DNA of 32,000 nucleotides. Origin: Candidatus Syntropharchaeum caldarium. GTDB taxonomy: Archaea; Halobacteriota; Syntropharchaeia; Syntropharchaeales; Syntropharchaeaceae. The stretch is taken from the NCBI GenBank assembly GCA_001766815.1, contig LYOS01000005.1:68687-100686 (forward strand). The letters are read 5' to 3'. A program made the translations under genes and the position numbers. Under the pieces are notes generated by a model. The model was not told where the DNA came from and made no database searches. It saw nothing but the letters and a program-made list of their open reading frames with translations. Below are positions 15,915 to 24,428 of the stretch, one piece after another. How positions within the stretch are numbered: the stretch's first letter is position 1; each line of letters opens with the position of its first letter.

Positions 15915-16397
15915 TCATCCCGCTGCCACCAACCCAGCAATTACCATCACAATTCCACCTGTCATCAGCAGATAACCTCCTTTTAAAATTTCAACCACTG
16001 CAAGGATCGTGATTTCACCACCTGATGAGAGGGATGGAGCAAAGGATGGATAGAGGTAGAGCAGGATGTACACGCCGAGTACATACATCACAAGCCCTAT
16101 ACCCGTCCTAAGGAACTTTCTTCTGAGGATACCAATCAGAGCAAGGGCAAGTATGAAGAAGAAGGCGTACTTTGCATATTCTCCTTTCAAATCAAGTGAG
16201 TCAAGTAGTGTGTCAATCTCTGGGTTCCCACTCATCGCCTCGATCGAGTTTGCACCAACAACAAGTTTGACCACAATGGGTGGTGTATCAGGCACCTCAA
16301 GCGTTATGTTCAGGCTGTACCATGGATAGAAGAAACTCGTGGCTGCAATCATGAGACCAATCAGTGCGATGATAAAACTCAAATCTTTCTTATTCAT
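15915..16397 (-). CDS. Polytopic membrane protein, unknown function
   Basis: 160 aa with about 4-5 hydrophobic segments. Co-oriented with, and 6 nt downstream of, flaG. No recognisable motifs. Confidence 0.45.
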   Translation of the reverse strand: MNKKDLSFIIALIGLMIAATSFFYPWYSLNITLEVPDTPPIVVKLVVGANSIEAMSGNPEIDTLLDSLDLKGEYAKYAFFFILALALIGILRRKFLRTGIGLVMYVLGVYILLYLYPSFAPSLSSGGEITILAVVEILKGGYLLMTGGIVMVIAGLVAAG

Positions 16398-16403
16398 TCT
16401 CGA

Positions 16404-16853
16404 TCATATCCGGAAGTCCATTGTATCAAGGATACCTGTTTCTGTGACAATTCGCAGGCTATGATCCCCGCTTGAGATCTCTGAACTTGCAATATTTACC
16501 TCAAGTACTTCTCCCTCGCGCCAGGTTGTCTCACCTGTATCAAGCACCTTCAGAATCAGTGAGCTATCGGTTATGTACCGACCATCGAGGAAGACATCGA
16601 TCTGATTTATATCAAGGTTTGTTTTGCCCGTATTCTTAACATAAAACACCCTGTAACTTCCGTTTGTTGGTATCATTGCCGAATCACTTATTATCGTGAT
16701 ATCAGTCTTTAACTGATTCGATAGCACGGTTCCACTGCCCCTCGTTGCATCAGCGACTGACTGGACATTAACACTTATCGCCCCCACAACAAGCGTTGCC
16801 AGTATCATCGATGCTATAAAGAATATTATATGTGATGCTCCAGCATCAGACAT
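16404..16853 (-). CDS. flaG: Archaellum protein FlaG/ArlG
   Basis: N-terminal ASHIIFFIASMILATLVVGAI hydrophobic helix followed by SNQLKTDITIISD, typical of FlaG. Its position after flaF fits. Confidence 0.7.
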   Translation of the reverse strand: MSDAGASHIIFFIASMILATLVVGAISVNVQSVADATRGSGTVLSNQLKTDITIISDSAMIPTNGSYRVFYVKNTGKTNLDINQIDVFLDGRYITDSSLILKVLDTGETTWREGEVLEVNIASSEISSGDHSLRIVTETGILDTMDFRI

Positions 16854-16870
16854 GGTTCATCCCCTCAAGT

Positions 16871-17308
16871 TTAATAGTAATCTGATACGCCATTTGCTGC
16901 TATCACCTTCACACGTGCTGGATTTGAGCTAATTCCTGATATATTGATCTCTAAACATTCATCGGGTGCCCATACAGAGGTTGCTGTACCATCGATCGTG
17001 AGTGCTGTGATGGAATCTGTCTTCAGGTTGCCATCAAGGATTACATCAATTTTGCTCGCGTTTATTACGGTGCTTCCTGTATTATTGACATCAATCAGCA
17101 GAAAATTTCCTTCAGCATTATAACTTGTGTCTGTTATCTCAAAATCCGTTTGAATCTTGTTCAACATCCTTTCCTGCTGAACTTCTTTTGCATCATTGAC
17201 CAGGTTCGATCTATAGCTGTAAGATGATACAAGCATACTTGCAAGAACAATGAACGCCACGAGAAATATCGCAAATGTCATTGAGACGCTAAATCCCATA
17301 CTCTCCAC
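16871..17308 (-). CDS. flaF: Archaellum protein FlaF/ArlF
   Basis: MGFSVSMTFAIFLVAFIVLASML N-terminus and a beta-rich C-terminus (NNTGSTVINASKIDVILDG), typical of FlaF. The likely start is the MGFS methionine at 17299. Confidence 0.7.
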   Translation of the reverse strand: MESMGFSVSMTFAIFLVAFIVLASMLVSSYSYRSNLVNDAKEVQQERMLNKIQTDFEITDTSYNAEGNFLLIDVNNTGSTVINASKIDVILDGNLKTDSITALTIDGTATSVWAPDECLEINISGISSNPARVKVIAANGVSDYY

Positions 17309-18830
17309 CCATCAGATTTTTGAGCTTCATCACTTCCTGCTCTACAAGGTTGACTGTGATCATATCGATCTCGTTTCCATGAATCATTTCAATAAAGAGG
17401 AGTGACTTCTTGTGATCATCTGGTGAGAGTCTCCACTCGGGTTTATCTTTGTAGTAGTCCATCCCTGCTGCATACTCCATCGCCTGATTCCTTAACTCCT
17501 TGTCGATCCATCCGATATGGACGTAGTAGTTCAGCGCCTCAAGAAGGTTGTTTCGTCCAACCCGCTCCAGCAGAAACTCAACCCATCTTATGAGAACAAG
17601 TGACTGCACAGGGTTAATACCATGGCTCGATTCTACAGCCCCCCCTCCTTGATGACAACCGCCTCGGGAATTCACCGAAAGCTCACGATTTTTAATCCCA
17701 TCGATCTGCTCAACAGATCCGCATCCAGCGTTCGTTTCCTCTTCGATGGCTTTCTGGGCCTTGAGCTCTTTAAGTTCGTTCACAATCTCTTTGAATGATT
17801 CAAACTCGGCTTTAATCTCCTCTTCTGCCATACCGATCTCTGTCAAACGTTGAAAAACATTGTTAAACTTGAGATCAATCTCTTCGTTGTGCTCCCCTTC
17901 ACTGATGCGCGCTTCCAGCATTTCTATCTTCTGCGAGAGTTTTGTAACCATTTCACCGAGTGCCGCAAGATCATCCCCTGTGTCACCCTGCATTGTGTTG
18001 AGCCGTGCCTCAATATTCTTGACCACCGCGTCAATTCCCTCAATCTGCGCAATTCTTGCCTCAATCTGGTCAAACCGCTCGGTTATAGCAGAACTCAATG
18101 CACTCTCGCCCACAAAAGGATTCACCTGATCGGATATGATTTCATATAAACTTAAAAATTGTATTGTCGTCTCATCAAGCTTATTTATTTTATCCATCAT
18201 CTCATCGTTTTCTTTCTTAATTATACTCAGTGAAACGTCGATTTTACTCTGTTTAAGTTCCAGTTCTTCAAGCCTGTTGAGAAGTGCAGTGTTGTCATCT
18301 TTTTCACCCCCTTTCTTTGGTGTGGGTGCCTCAAAGTCGTCTTCTTCGTCAAAGTCTTCCTCTTCTTCAAAGTCATCTTCCTCGTCGAAGTCATCTTCCT
18401 CCTCGAAGTCCTCCTCTTCTTCAAAGTCATCTTCCTCGTCGAAGTCGTCTTCCTCGTCAAAGTCATCGTCACTCATGACATCACCTCCATCATCCTCATC
18501 CCACTCCCCCTTTTCTTCAATCTCTTCCTCTACCTCGTCAAAATCAAAGAGATCATCCTCATCGTCTATTTTTTTCTCCACCTTTTTCTGGCCTGAACCT
18601 GGTTTAACTTTTTTTGATATTTCCTTCCTGCCAACAGTATCACCTGCGAGCATCTTGAACTTGTTTTTGAGTGAGTTTTTCCGCATTTTTTTAACATCCA
18701 ACAGATTTTTTTTCGGTCCGAGATCGAGCTTTGCAAATGGATTTGGTACTTTTCTGTTGAAGTTCAAACTTCCTTTGAATGACTTTAACACTTTACCCAT
18801 ATCCATATAAAAGTAATGAATTGGGAACAA
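17289..18830 (-). CDS. flaD: Archaellum protein FlaD/E (ArlD/E) with FlaC-like coiled coil and an expanded acidic repeat
   Basis: The C-terminal domain ...LIRWVEFLLERVGRNNLLEALNYYVHIGWIDKEL...LSPDDHKKSLLFIEMIHG matches the FlaD/E conserved domain. The central SLYEIISDQVNPFV is a FlaC_arch-type motif. The true start is probably the MDMGKV/MGKV methionines. Confidence 0.75.
   Translation of the reverse strand: MFPIHYFYMDMGKVLKSFKGSLNFNRKVPNPFAKLDLGPKKNLLDVKKMRKNSLKNKFKMLAGDTVGRKEISKKVKPGSGQKKVEKKIDDEDDLFDFDEVEEEIEEKGEWDEDDGGDVMSDDDFDEEDDFDEEDDFEEEEDFEEEDDFDEEDDFEEEEDFDEEDDFEAPTPKKGGEKDDNTALLNRLEELELKQSKIDVSLSIIKKENDEMMDKINKLDETTIQFLSLYEIISDQVNPFVGESALSSAITERFDQIEARIAQIEGIDAVVKNIEARLNTMQGDTGDDLAALGEMVTKLSQKIEMLEARISEGEHNEEIDLKFNNVFQRLTEIGMAEEEIKAEFESFKEIVNELKELKAQKAIEEETNAGCGSVEQIDGIKNRELSVNSRGGCHQGGGAVESSHGINPVQSLVLIRWVEFLLERVGRNNLLEALNYYVHIGWIDKELRNQAMEYAAGMDYYKDKPEWRLSPDDHKKSLLFIEMIHGNEIDMITVNLVEQEVMKLKNLMGGEYGI
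18331..18470 (-). repeat. In-frame 18-nt tandem repeat encoding (D/E)(D/E)DF(D/E)E units in flaD/E
   Basis: About eight consecutive units of GAAGTCATCTTCCTCGTC-like sequence on the plus strand. The translation is DDFDEEDDFDEEDDFEEEEDFEEEDDFDEEDDFEEEEDFDEEDDFE. Confidence 0.8.
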
Positions 18831-18990
18831 TATTTAAATATTCACTTTTTTTTCATATTAAAGAAATCAAAAGTTTATATATTCTAAAATATTTATTCTC
18901 ATTTCTTAATCTATTTTAGTGATCACGCTTAAATACGATCCACGAATTCGCCGCCAGTCTGTGTCCGGGTGCACATAAAAGGCTGCTCTG

Positions 18991-19377
18991 ATGCATAACT
19001 TTATATCGCAATATTTCGATACCACTTTAAAGATGGTTGATGAAAAAAATCAGATAACACTCATGGAAGAACGCCTCAAGGACTACCTTAAGAAAGATAA
19101 GACTGGAATCAGGCTGGCGATGCTTGATGCGCTCCTTGAGAGTGAGGGATGTACAACCATGGATCTTCATGCAGCTCTGCTGGATAACGGTTTTGATTAT
19201 TCCTACCGCAGAGTGTGTGCGATGCTTGGTGCTATGAATTCAAAACTCAGCGTTCTTATGCAGACAAAACAGGGTAAATCCAGGATCTATCAGATTAAAC
19301 CCGCATGCAGAGATGCTCTATATTACGCGATGGAAAATTACAAAGACTATCGCTCTCGTGGAAGTGAACCTGAGTGA
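18991..19377 (+). CDS. Small winged-helix-like protein (DUF2551-like by recollection)
   Basis: MEERLKDYLKKDKTGIRLAMLDALLESEGCTTMDLHAALLDNGFDYSYRRVCAMLGAMNSKLSVL...RIYQIK resembles a methanogen-specific family I recall as DUF2551. The start is uncertain (18991, 19033 or 19063). Confidence 0.45.
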   Translation: MHNFISQYFDTTLKMVDEKNQITLMEERLKDYLKKDKTGIRLAMLDALLESEGCTTMDLHAALLDNGFDYSYRRVCAMLGAMNSKLSVLMQTKQGKSRIYQIKPACRDALYYAMENYKDYRSRGSEPE

Positions 19378-20180
19378 AAATCTTTAAGGCTGGCAACTAC
19401 CTCAAACGCCTTCTGTATCATAGGTATGAGCGAGTACTTGAAAAGGAAGTCTTGAGGTCTGAGATCCCGGCACATCTTGCGGTTATAATGGATGGAAACA
19501 GGCGATATGCATCCAGAATCGGGGAAGCCTCCTACAGGGGTCATTTCTATGGTGCAAGGATCGTTGAAGACCTGCTTGAATGGTCGCTCGATATCGGAAT
19601 TTCACATCTGACGCTATATGCATTCTCGATCGAAAATTTTGACCGCGATGAGGAAGAAAAAGCAAAAATCTTCGAGCTTATAACAAAAAAATTTGATGAA
19701 CTTCGCGTGGATCAGCGAATTCATAAAAACAGAGTCAGGATCAGCACCATCGGTGATATAAAGCTTCTTCCAGTATCACTCCAGGATGCGATCAAGCGAG
19801 CGGAAGAAGCAACCGCGGGTTATCAGGGAATGCGGCTTAATATCGCGCTTGCATACAGTGGAAAGAGAGAGATCACGCGTGCGCTCCAGAAAATAGGTGA
19901 AGAGGTTGCAGCAGGAAAGCTATCACCTCAGGAAATCACGGAAGATACACTCACCGCGTTTCTCTACGAAAACAACAGCAGAGACGTGGATCACATGATA
20001 CGCACAGGTGGTGAGAATCGCACAAGTAATTTTATGCCATGGCAGGCAAGCGGTAGTGAGTGCAGTATCTCTTTCCTCATGCCGTTATGGCCAGAACTCA
20101 GGCGTATAGACTTTCTGCGGGCTATACGTACATATCAGAGGTGTGCGGCAAAGGGGGATAGAGTAACTGCTTCTTCATGA
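19374..20180 (+). CDS. uppS: Undecaprenyl/tritrans,polycis-polyprenyl diphosphate synthase (cis-prenyltransferase)
   Basis: HLAVIMDGNRRYA, LTLYAFSIENF, RTSNFMPWQ and WPE motifs of the UPP synthase family. Confidence 0.9.
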   Translation: MKIFKAGNYLKRLLYHRYERVLEKEVLRSEIPAHLAVIMDGNRRYASRIGEASYRGHFYGARIVEDLLEWSLDIGISHLTLYAFSIENFDRDEEEKAKIFELITKKFDELRVDQRIHKNRVRISTIGDIKLLPVSLQDAIKRAEEATAGYQGMRLNIALAYSGKREITRALQKIGEEVAAGKLSPQEITEDTLTAFLYENNSRDVDHMIRTGGENRTSNFMPWQASGSECSISFLMPLWPELRRIDFLRAIRTYQRCAAKGDRVTASS

Positions 20181-20607
20181 GGATCGCATCTGTGCCATCT
20201 GCGTAATATGCAGGTATAATCCCCTCTTTTTCGAAACCAAGCTTTTTATACAGCTGTTGTGCAGCAATATTATCAACGCGGACCTCAAGCTGAACATAAG
20301 GTACTTTTCGCTCCCAGAACATCTTAAATGCTGTATTCAGTATTTTTGTTGCAATCTTTTGCCTTTTGTGATATTTATCAACCGCAATGGCAAATATTCT
20401 GCCACCCCCATCGAGCATCATGATGGCGATTACAAATCCAACGATAATCCCTCGCTCTTCTGCGACAAAAAAACCTTCAGGAAATAACCTGGACAGTTCA
20501 ACGTATATCATTGGATCCTGCTGCAGTTTTCCTTCCTCTGCTATTTCTACAACTCGTCTGAGATCCTCTGGCTGAAAATATCTTATTTTGATCATTCTTC
20601 TCTTCAC
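20122..20607 (-). CDS. rimI: GNAT N-acetyltransferase (RimI-like)
   Basis: IRYFQPEDL...IFAIAVDKYHKRQKIATKILN...LEVRVDNIAAQQLYKKLGFEKEG is the GNAT acetyl-CoA binding core. About 160 aa. Confidence 0.7.
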   Translation of the reverse strand: MKRRMIKIRYFQPEDLRRVVEIAEEGKLQQDPMIYVELSRLFPEGFFVAEERGIIVGFVIAIMMLDGGGRIFAIAVDKYHKRQKIATKILNTAFKMFWERKVPYVQLEVRVDNIAAQQLYKKLGFEKEGIIPAYYADGTDAILMKKQLLYPPLPHTSDMYV

Positions 20608-20651
20608 CCACCGAAGTTAAATTTATCACGTATCGTACCCGCGTACCTGTA

Positions 20652-21065
20652 ATGGTCGATGGTGCTGAGAAATTTATTGCTGAATACATACTTAAGCATT
20701 ACAGCGGACCTGTGGTTGAGGTTGGGATTGGTAAGTATACAGCGGTGGCAGATCATATCCATCGATCAGGAATTTTAATCAGAACGACCGATATTATTCC
20801 TGAGGATGAGATGTCTGATGCACCTGGGTACGTGAAGGACGATATTTTATCACCTGATATTGAAATTTATAAGGGTGCAGATATAATCTATTCGATCAGA
20901 CCCCCAGAAGAACTTCAGGTGTCAATCGCACGGGTTGCATCCGCCGTGGGTGCTGATCTAATTCTTAAACCACTTGGAAGTGAGATCGTGGACATCTCAA
21001 AATATTTCAAGCACTTTGAGGTTGTAAATTTAGGTGGTGCAACCATCATCTGCTACCGGAGTTGA
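20652..21065 (+). CDS. UPF0146-family protein (Rossmann/methyltransferase-like)
   Basis: VVEVGIGKYTAVA...TDI...DDILSPDIEIYKGADIIYSIRPPEEL matches my recollection of the archaeal UPF0146 pattern. Confidence 0.55.
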   Translation: MVDGAEKFIAEYILKHYSGPVVEVGIGKYTAVADHIHRSGILIRTTDIIPEDEMSDAPGYVKDDILSPDIEIYKGADIIYSIRPPEELQVSIARVASAVGADLILKPLGSEIVDISKYFKHFEVVNLGGATIICYRS

Positions 21066-21762
21066 GCGTTTCCAGGCCTTTCTCCTTTGTTCTTATCCTG
21101 ACGGAGTTGAGGTGAGTAGCTGCAATCTCACCCATGCGCCTGATCTCGTTGTATGAAAAGGTTTCAAGATGTGCAGATATTCCTTCCTGTATCACATAGG
21201 TCCCATCAAAACCCTCAAGCGCGCGTGCGATCTTCTCAATCTCGTCTGGTCCGATAACTCCTTTGAATACTGTTGTTCTCACCTCAAGATTAAAGTCTGC
21301 GCTGCAGGAATAACTCAAACTTTCTTTCACCACTTCTGCTGCATTCCTCACACCTGTGATCTCTTCATATCGTTTGGGATCATCAAGCGGCGCCTTAATA
21401 TCTAAAAAAAGTGAATCGATAAGTCTCCGCTCGCCAAGCGCCCTGATCTTCTCTGGATAATATCCACATGTCTCAATCCCAACAAGAAGTCCCGATGCTT
21501 TTGCATACGATGCAAGCTTTGAGAGCGGATCAAACTGCATGAACGGTTCACCTCCTGAGAAAACAACCGCCGAGATGAAGATTTTTGCATCCCGAATCTT
21601 TGCTTCAATGATCTCCTCACCAATCAGGTCATTGCCACTCAAGAGATGCTCGTTCTGGCAGTAGATACATCTGAAAGGGCAACCTCTGAAGAAGATCACC
21701 ATCGCAGCCTTACCAGGGTAGTCGAGCGTTGATGTTTCGATTATACCACCGAAGTTTATCAT
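21046..21762 (-). CDS. Radical-SAM activating enzyme (anaerobic ribonucleotide reductase / glycyl-radical activase-like)
   Basis: CPFRCIYCQN (Cx3Cx2C) about 30 aa from the N-terminus and SGGEP. Start trimmed to MINFGGIIETS (21762), directly after the GGGPS stop. Confidence 0.7.
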   Translation of the reverse strand: MINFGGIIETSTLDYPGKAAMVIFFRGCPFRCIYCQNEHLLSGNDLIGEEIIEAKIRDAKIFISAVVFSGGEPFMQFDPLSKLASYAKASGLLVGIETCGYYPEKIRALGERRLIDSLFLDIKAPLDDPKRYEEITGVRNAAEVVKESLSYSCSADFNLEVRTTVFKGVIGPDEIEKIARALEGFDGTYVIQEGISAHLETFSYNEIRRMGEIAATHLNSVRIRTKEKGLETLNSGSR

Positions 21763-21763
21763 A

Positions 21764-22438
21764 TCAGGGAATTGTCTCAAGAAAACGCTCAAGTCCAACC
21801 TCATAGAGAGCGTTACCCACCACGATCACATCTGCGCAGGCTTTCATCTCAAAAGCCTCCTCACGTCCCGTTATGCCCCCGCCATAAAAGAGTGTAGCTT
21901 CAGATAGTGCATCCTTTGCGGCTTTAACAATCTCAGGATTACCGTACATCCCGCTGTACTCGATATATATGATTGGAAACTTGAAGTAACGCTCAGCACA
22001 GATACAGCACGCCACAACCTCCTCCCTCTCAAGTGCGGTCCTTGCACTGGTAACCATACCAACGGCAGAATCAGGATTAAGGACGATGTAGGCTTCAGGC
22101 ACAACAATATCCCATTCAATATCGCCCATCATCACCCATTCGATATGTTTTCCGATGATCCATTCGGGGTTGGCCGAGTTTATGACCGACGGCACAAAGA
22201 TGTAATCAACACCCTCTGATGAGACAACTGCCGGTGAAGCAGGCTCGAGAATCTTTGGTATGCTGTACCCCTCTAACATCCCGATGAGCTTCTTAACGTT
22301 CTCTCCTGTAATATTCTGTGTCCCTGAGATCATCACCGCATCTGTACCACTGTTAATCACCGCTTCGATCTCAGTTTCTGATATAGGGCGATCGGGATCG
22401 AGTTTCGTTATATGTTTCCATCGTTTCCATATTGTCAT
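21764..22438 (-). CDS. Geranylgeranylglyceryl phosphate synthase
   Basis: WKHITKLDPDR, SGTDAVMISGTQN, YIVLNPDSAV, IIYIEYSGMYGNPE and LFYGGGI: near-colinear with archaeal GGGPS (PcrB family). Confidence 0.9.
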   Translation of the reverse strand: MTIWKRWKHITKLDPDRPISETEIEAVINSGTDAVMISGTQNITGENVKKLIGMLEGYSIPKILEPASPAVVSSEGVDYIFVPSVINSANPEWIIGKHIEWVMMGDIEWDIVVPEAYIVLNPDSAVGMVTSARTALEREEVVACCICAERYFKFPIIYIEYSGMYGNPEIVKAAKDALSEATLFYGGGITGREEAFEMKACADVIVVGNALYEVGLERFLETIP

Positions 22439-22445
22439 TTTTAGA

Positions 22446-22519
22446 TGGGCCCGCGGAGATTTGAACTCCGGGCCTCACGGTTATCAGCCGTGCGCTCCAC
22501 CTGGCTAAGCTACGGGCCC
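22446..22519 (-). tRNA. tRNA-Ile (anticodon GAU)
   Basis: 74-nt cloverleaf folded by hand. Acceptor GGGCCCG/CGGGCCC, anticodon stem CACGG/CCGTG with loop CTGATAA, T-arm CGGAG-TTCAAAT-CTCCG, discriminator A. Confidence 0.9.
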
Positions 22520-22689
22520 TATGCGAGAACACAGAGAAATTCAGGCGATCTACCCCCTCATACTCTGTTATTCACAACTTCTGTATTATACACCCCTCTA
22601 TATAAACATTATTTTTATTGCAACGCCGCGAGTGGTTGCAACACATAAATAAATACAAATATATAACCGTTCTATCTAAGGATATATCT

Positions 22690-23076
22690 ATGTCAGCAGA
22701 AGATGAAGATTATTACATGGAAGTTGCTGTGGTACCAGAACGCCTTCTTGGAGATGAGACTGCAGGCAAGTTTATATCCCGGGTTAGGGATGTCGATGGT
22801 GTTGTGAATGTCACAGTCCAGGGACCGAGTTATTTTGCACGGGATCTTGAGATAGGTGATGCAAAGCTGAAAACCACTGTGAAGATCGGTAAATTATTTG
22901 TTGGAATATCCAAGGCGTCTGCAGAGGATGAGATCCGCAGTATCTGTGATGATCTCTTTACATTCCCGTATCATCTGCACGTGGGAAGATTCAGCAAGGA
23001 CAGGCCAACAATCGTGGATGTGCTTGGAAAATCGAGTTATAAAAGAATAGGCGTCCTTGAAAAGAGATCGAACTGA
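22690..23076 (+). CDS. McrD-like protein (methyl-coenzyme M reductase operon protein D family), stand-alone copy
   Basis: MEVAVVPERLLGDETAGKFISRVRDVDGVVNVTVQGP... and ...FTFPYHLHVGRFSKDRPTIVDVL parallel the McrD pattern as I recall it (FPHRLL..ETTEKLL..GVVRV..HGQ; FPFGY.L.KGKF.RD.PTV.DY). Start trimmed to ATG 22690. Confidence 0.55.
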   Translation: MSAEDEDYYMEVAVVPERLLGDETAGKFISRVRDVDGVVNVTVQGPSYFARDLEIGDAKLKTTVKIGKLFVGISKASAEDEIRSICDDLFTFPYHLHVGRFSKDRPTIVDVLGKSSYKRIGVLEKRSN

Positions 23077-23077
23077 A

Positions 23078-23151
23078 AGTCCCGTAGGGTAGCAGGTCAA
23101 TCCTAGTGGGCTTTGGACCCGCTGACGGTGGTTCGAATCCGCCCGGGACTA
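23078..23151 (+). tRNA. tRNA-Gln (anticodon UUG)
   Basis: 74-nt cloverleaf. Acceptor AGTCCCG/CGGGACT, anticodon stem GTGGG/CCCGC with loop CTTTGGA, T-arm GGTGG-TTCGAAT-CCGCC, discriminator A. Confidence 0.85.
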
Positions 23152-23186
23152 TTTCCACAGCGTCAAATATAACGGAGAGATTATTG

Positions 23187-23570
23187 ATGAAGGAACAGGT
23201 TGAAGTAAGATCCCTCAAGAAGGGAAAGTACATAATGGTAGATGATGAGCCGTGTGTGATTGTGGGGCTTTCCACATCAAAACCAGGCAAGCATGGATCT
23301 GCGAAAGCGAGAATGGATGTCATTGGCATTTTTGATAATCAGAAACGCTCTGTTGTACAGCCAGTCACGGCAAAGGTCTATGTGCCGATCGTTGAGCGAA
23401 AGACGGGACAGGTGTTATCTGTGAATGGGAATGTCGTCCAGCTTATGGATATGGGCGATTACACAACGATTGAGATTGAAACCACGGATGAGATGCTCGC
23501 AAAGATTGAGCCAGGCAAAGAGATACCTTACATCACCTCGATGGGAAAGTATAAGATCGAGATCAGGTAG
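23187..23570 (+). CDS. eif5a: Translation initiation factor 5A (aIF-5A)
   Basis: STSKPGKHGSAKAR hypusination loop. 127 aa. Start trimmed to ATG 23187, downstream of the tRNA. Confidence 0.95.
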   Translation: MKEQVEVRSLKKGKYIMVDDEPCVIVGLSTSKPGKHGSAKARMDVIGIFDNQKRSVVQPVTAKVYVPIVERKTGQVLSVNGNVVQLMDMGDYTTIEIETTDEMLAKIEPGKEIPYITSMGKYKIEIR

Positions 23571-24428
23571 ATGTATACAGAGCCCCTTTTTGCAGCTTCT
23601 CGATCTGCGTATGCAGATGCAAAGGTTGTAATTCTTGGGATGCCACTTGAGAAGAGTGTATCCTTCAGGGGTGGATGCAGGTTTGCACCCGATGCGATCA
23701 GAACAGCTTCGCGCAATCTTGAATGGTATAGCTTTCGGTATGATACCGATCTTGCAGATGCTCTGATCTGTGATATGGGGGATCTCGATGTAAATCTACC
23801 GATCACTGATCTCAAGATGCTGGTCAACGGTGCAATCGAGGATATTCTGCGTGATGGCAAACTTCCGATTGTGATGGGTGGCGAACATACGGTGAGCAGC
23901 TTTATCGTGCCTGCAACAGGGGTAGATACCGTGATCATCTTTGATGCGCATCCTGATCTGCGAGATAGTTATGGTGGAGATGAATACGCCCATGCCTGCA
24001 CATCAAGGCGGATCGTTGAGGCGATCGGGGCTGAGAATGTTGCGATAATCGGCGTGAGGTCTGGATCAAAGGAGGAGTTTGAGTATGCAAAGGATGAGAA
24101 AATTCTCGTCCACTCAAGCGAGGATCTATCATCTCAGGGTCCTGATAAGATAATAGACGATCTTAAATCCTGGATCGGTGATGATAAAATCTACATCTCA
24201 ATCGATATGGATGTTCTCGATCCTTCTTTTGCACCTGCCGTCTCAAACCCGGAACCTTACGGGATTTCACCATCCTGTATAAAGGAGTTCATCCATAAAT
24301 TTGCAGGGCAGACGGTCGGATTTGATATTGTCGAGATAACACCGACGTATGACCATGGAATTACTGCTATCATGGGTGCAAAATTTATCATTGAGTTCAT
24401 CCATTCGTACCTCAGCGGTGGTATCTGA
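23571..24428 (+). CDS. speB: Agmatinase (ureohydrolase family)
   Basis: Mn-binding motifs GGEH, FDAHPDL and SIDMDVLDP. It starts immediately after the aIF5A stop, a common archaeal pairing. Confidence 0.9.
   Translation: MYTEPLFAASRSAYADAKVVILGMPLEKSVSFRGGCRFAPDAIRTASRNLEWYSFRYDTDLADALICDMGDLDVNLPITDLKMLVNGAIEDILRDGKLPIVMGGEHTVSSFIVPATGVDTVIIFDAHPDLRDSYGGDEYAHACTSRRIVEAIGAENVAIIGVRSGSKEEFEYAKDEKILVHSSEDLSSQGPDKIIDDLKSWIGDDKIYISIDMDVLDPSFAPAVSNPEPYGISPSCIKEFIHKFAGQTVGFDIVEITPTYDHGITAIMGAKFIIEFIHSYLSGGI

Noticed and set aside
18136-18810. 224-aa Ser-rich ORF on the plus strand
   Set aside because: It is the antisense reading of the acidic GA-rich repeat region of flaD/E. It is low-complexity poly-Ser with no start context, so it is an artefact of the opposite-strand gene.
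22260-22648. Two plus-strand ORFs (82 aa and 67 aa) spanning 22445-22520
   Set aside because: They read through the tRNA-Ile gene and the antisense of the GGGPS start. The tRNA cloverleaf explains the sequence.
23106-23186. N-terminal extension of the aIF5A ORF
   Set aside because: The extension overlaps tRNA-Gln. Canonical aIF5A begins at MKEQVEV (ATG 23187).
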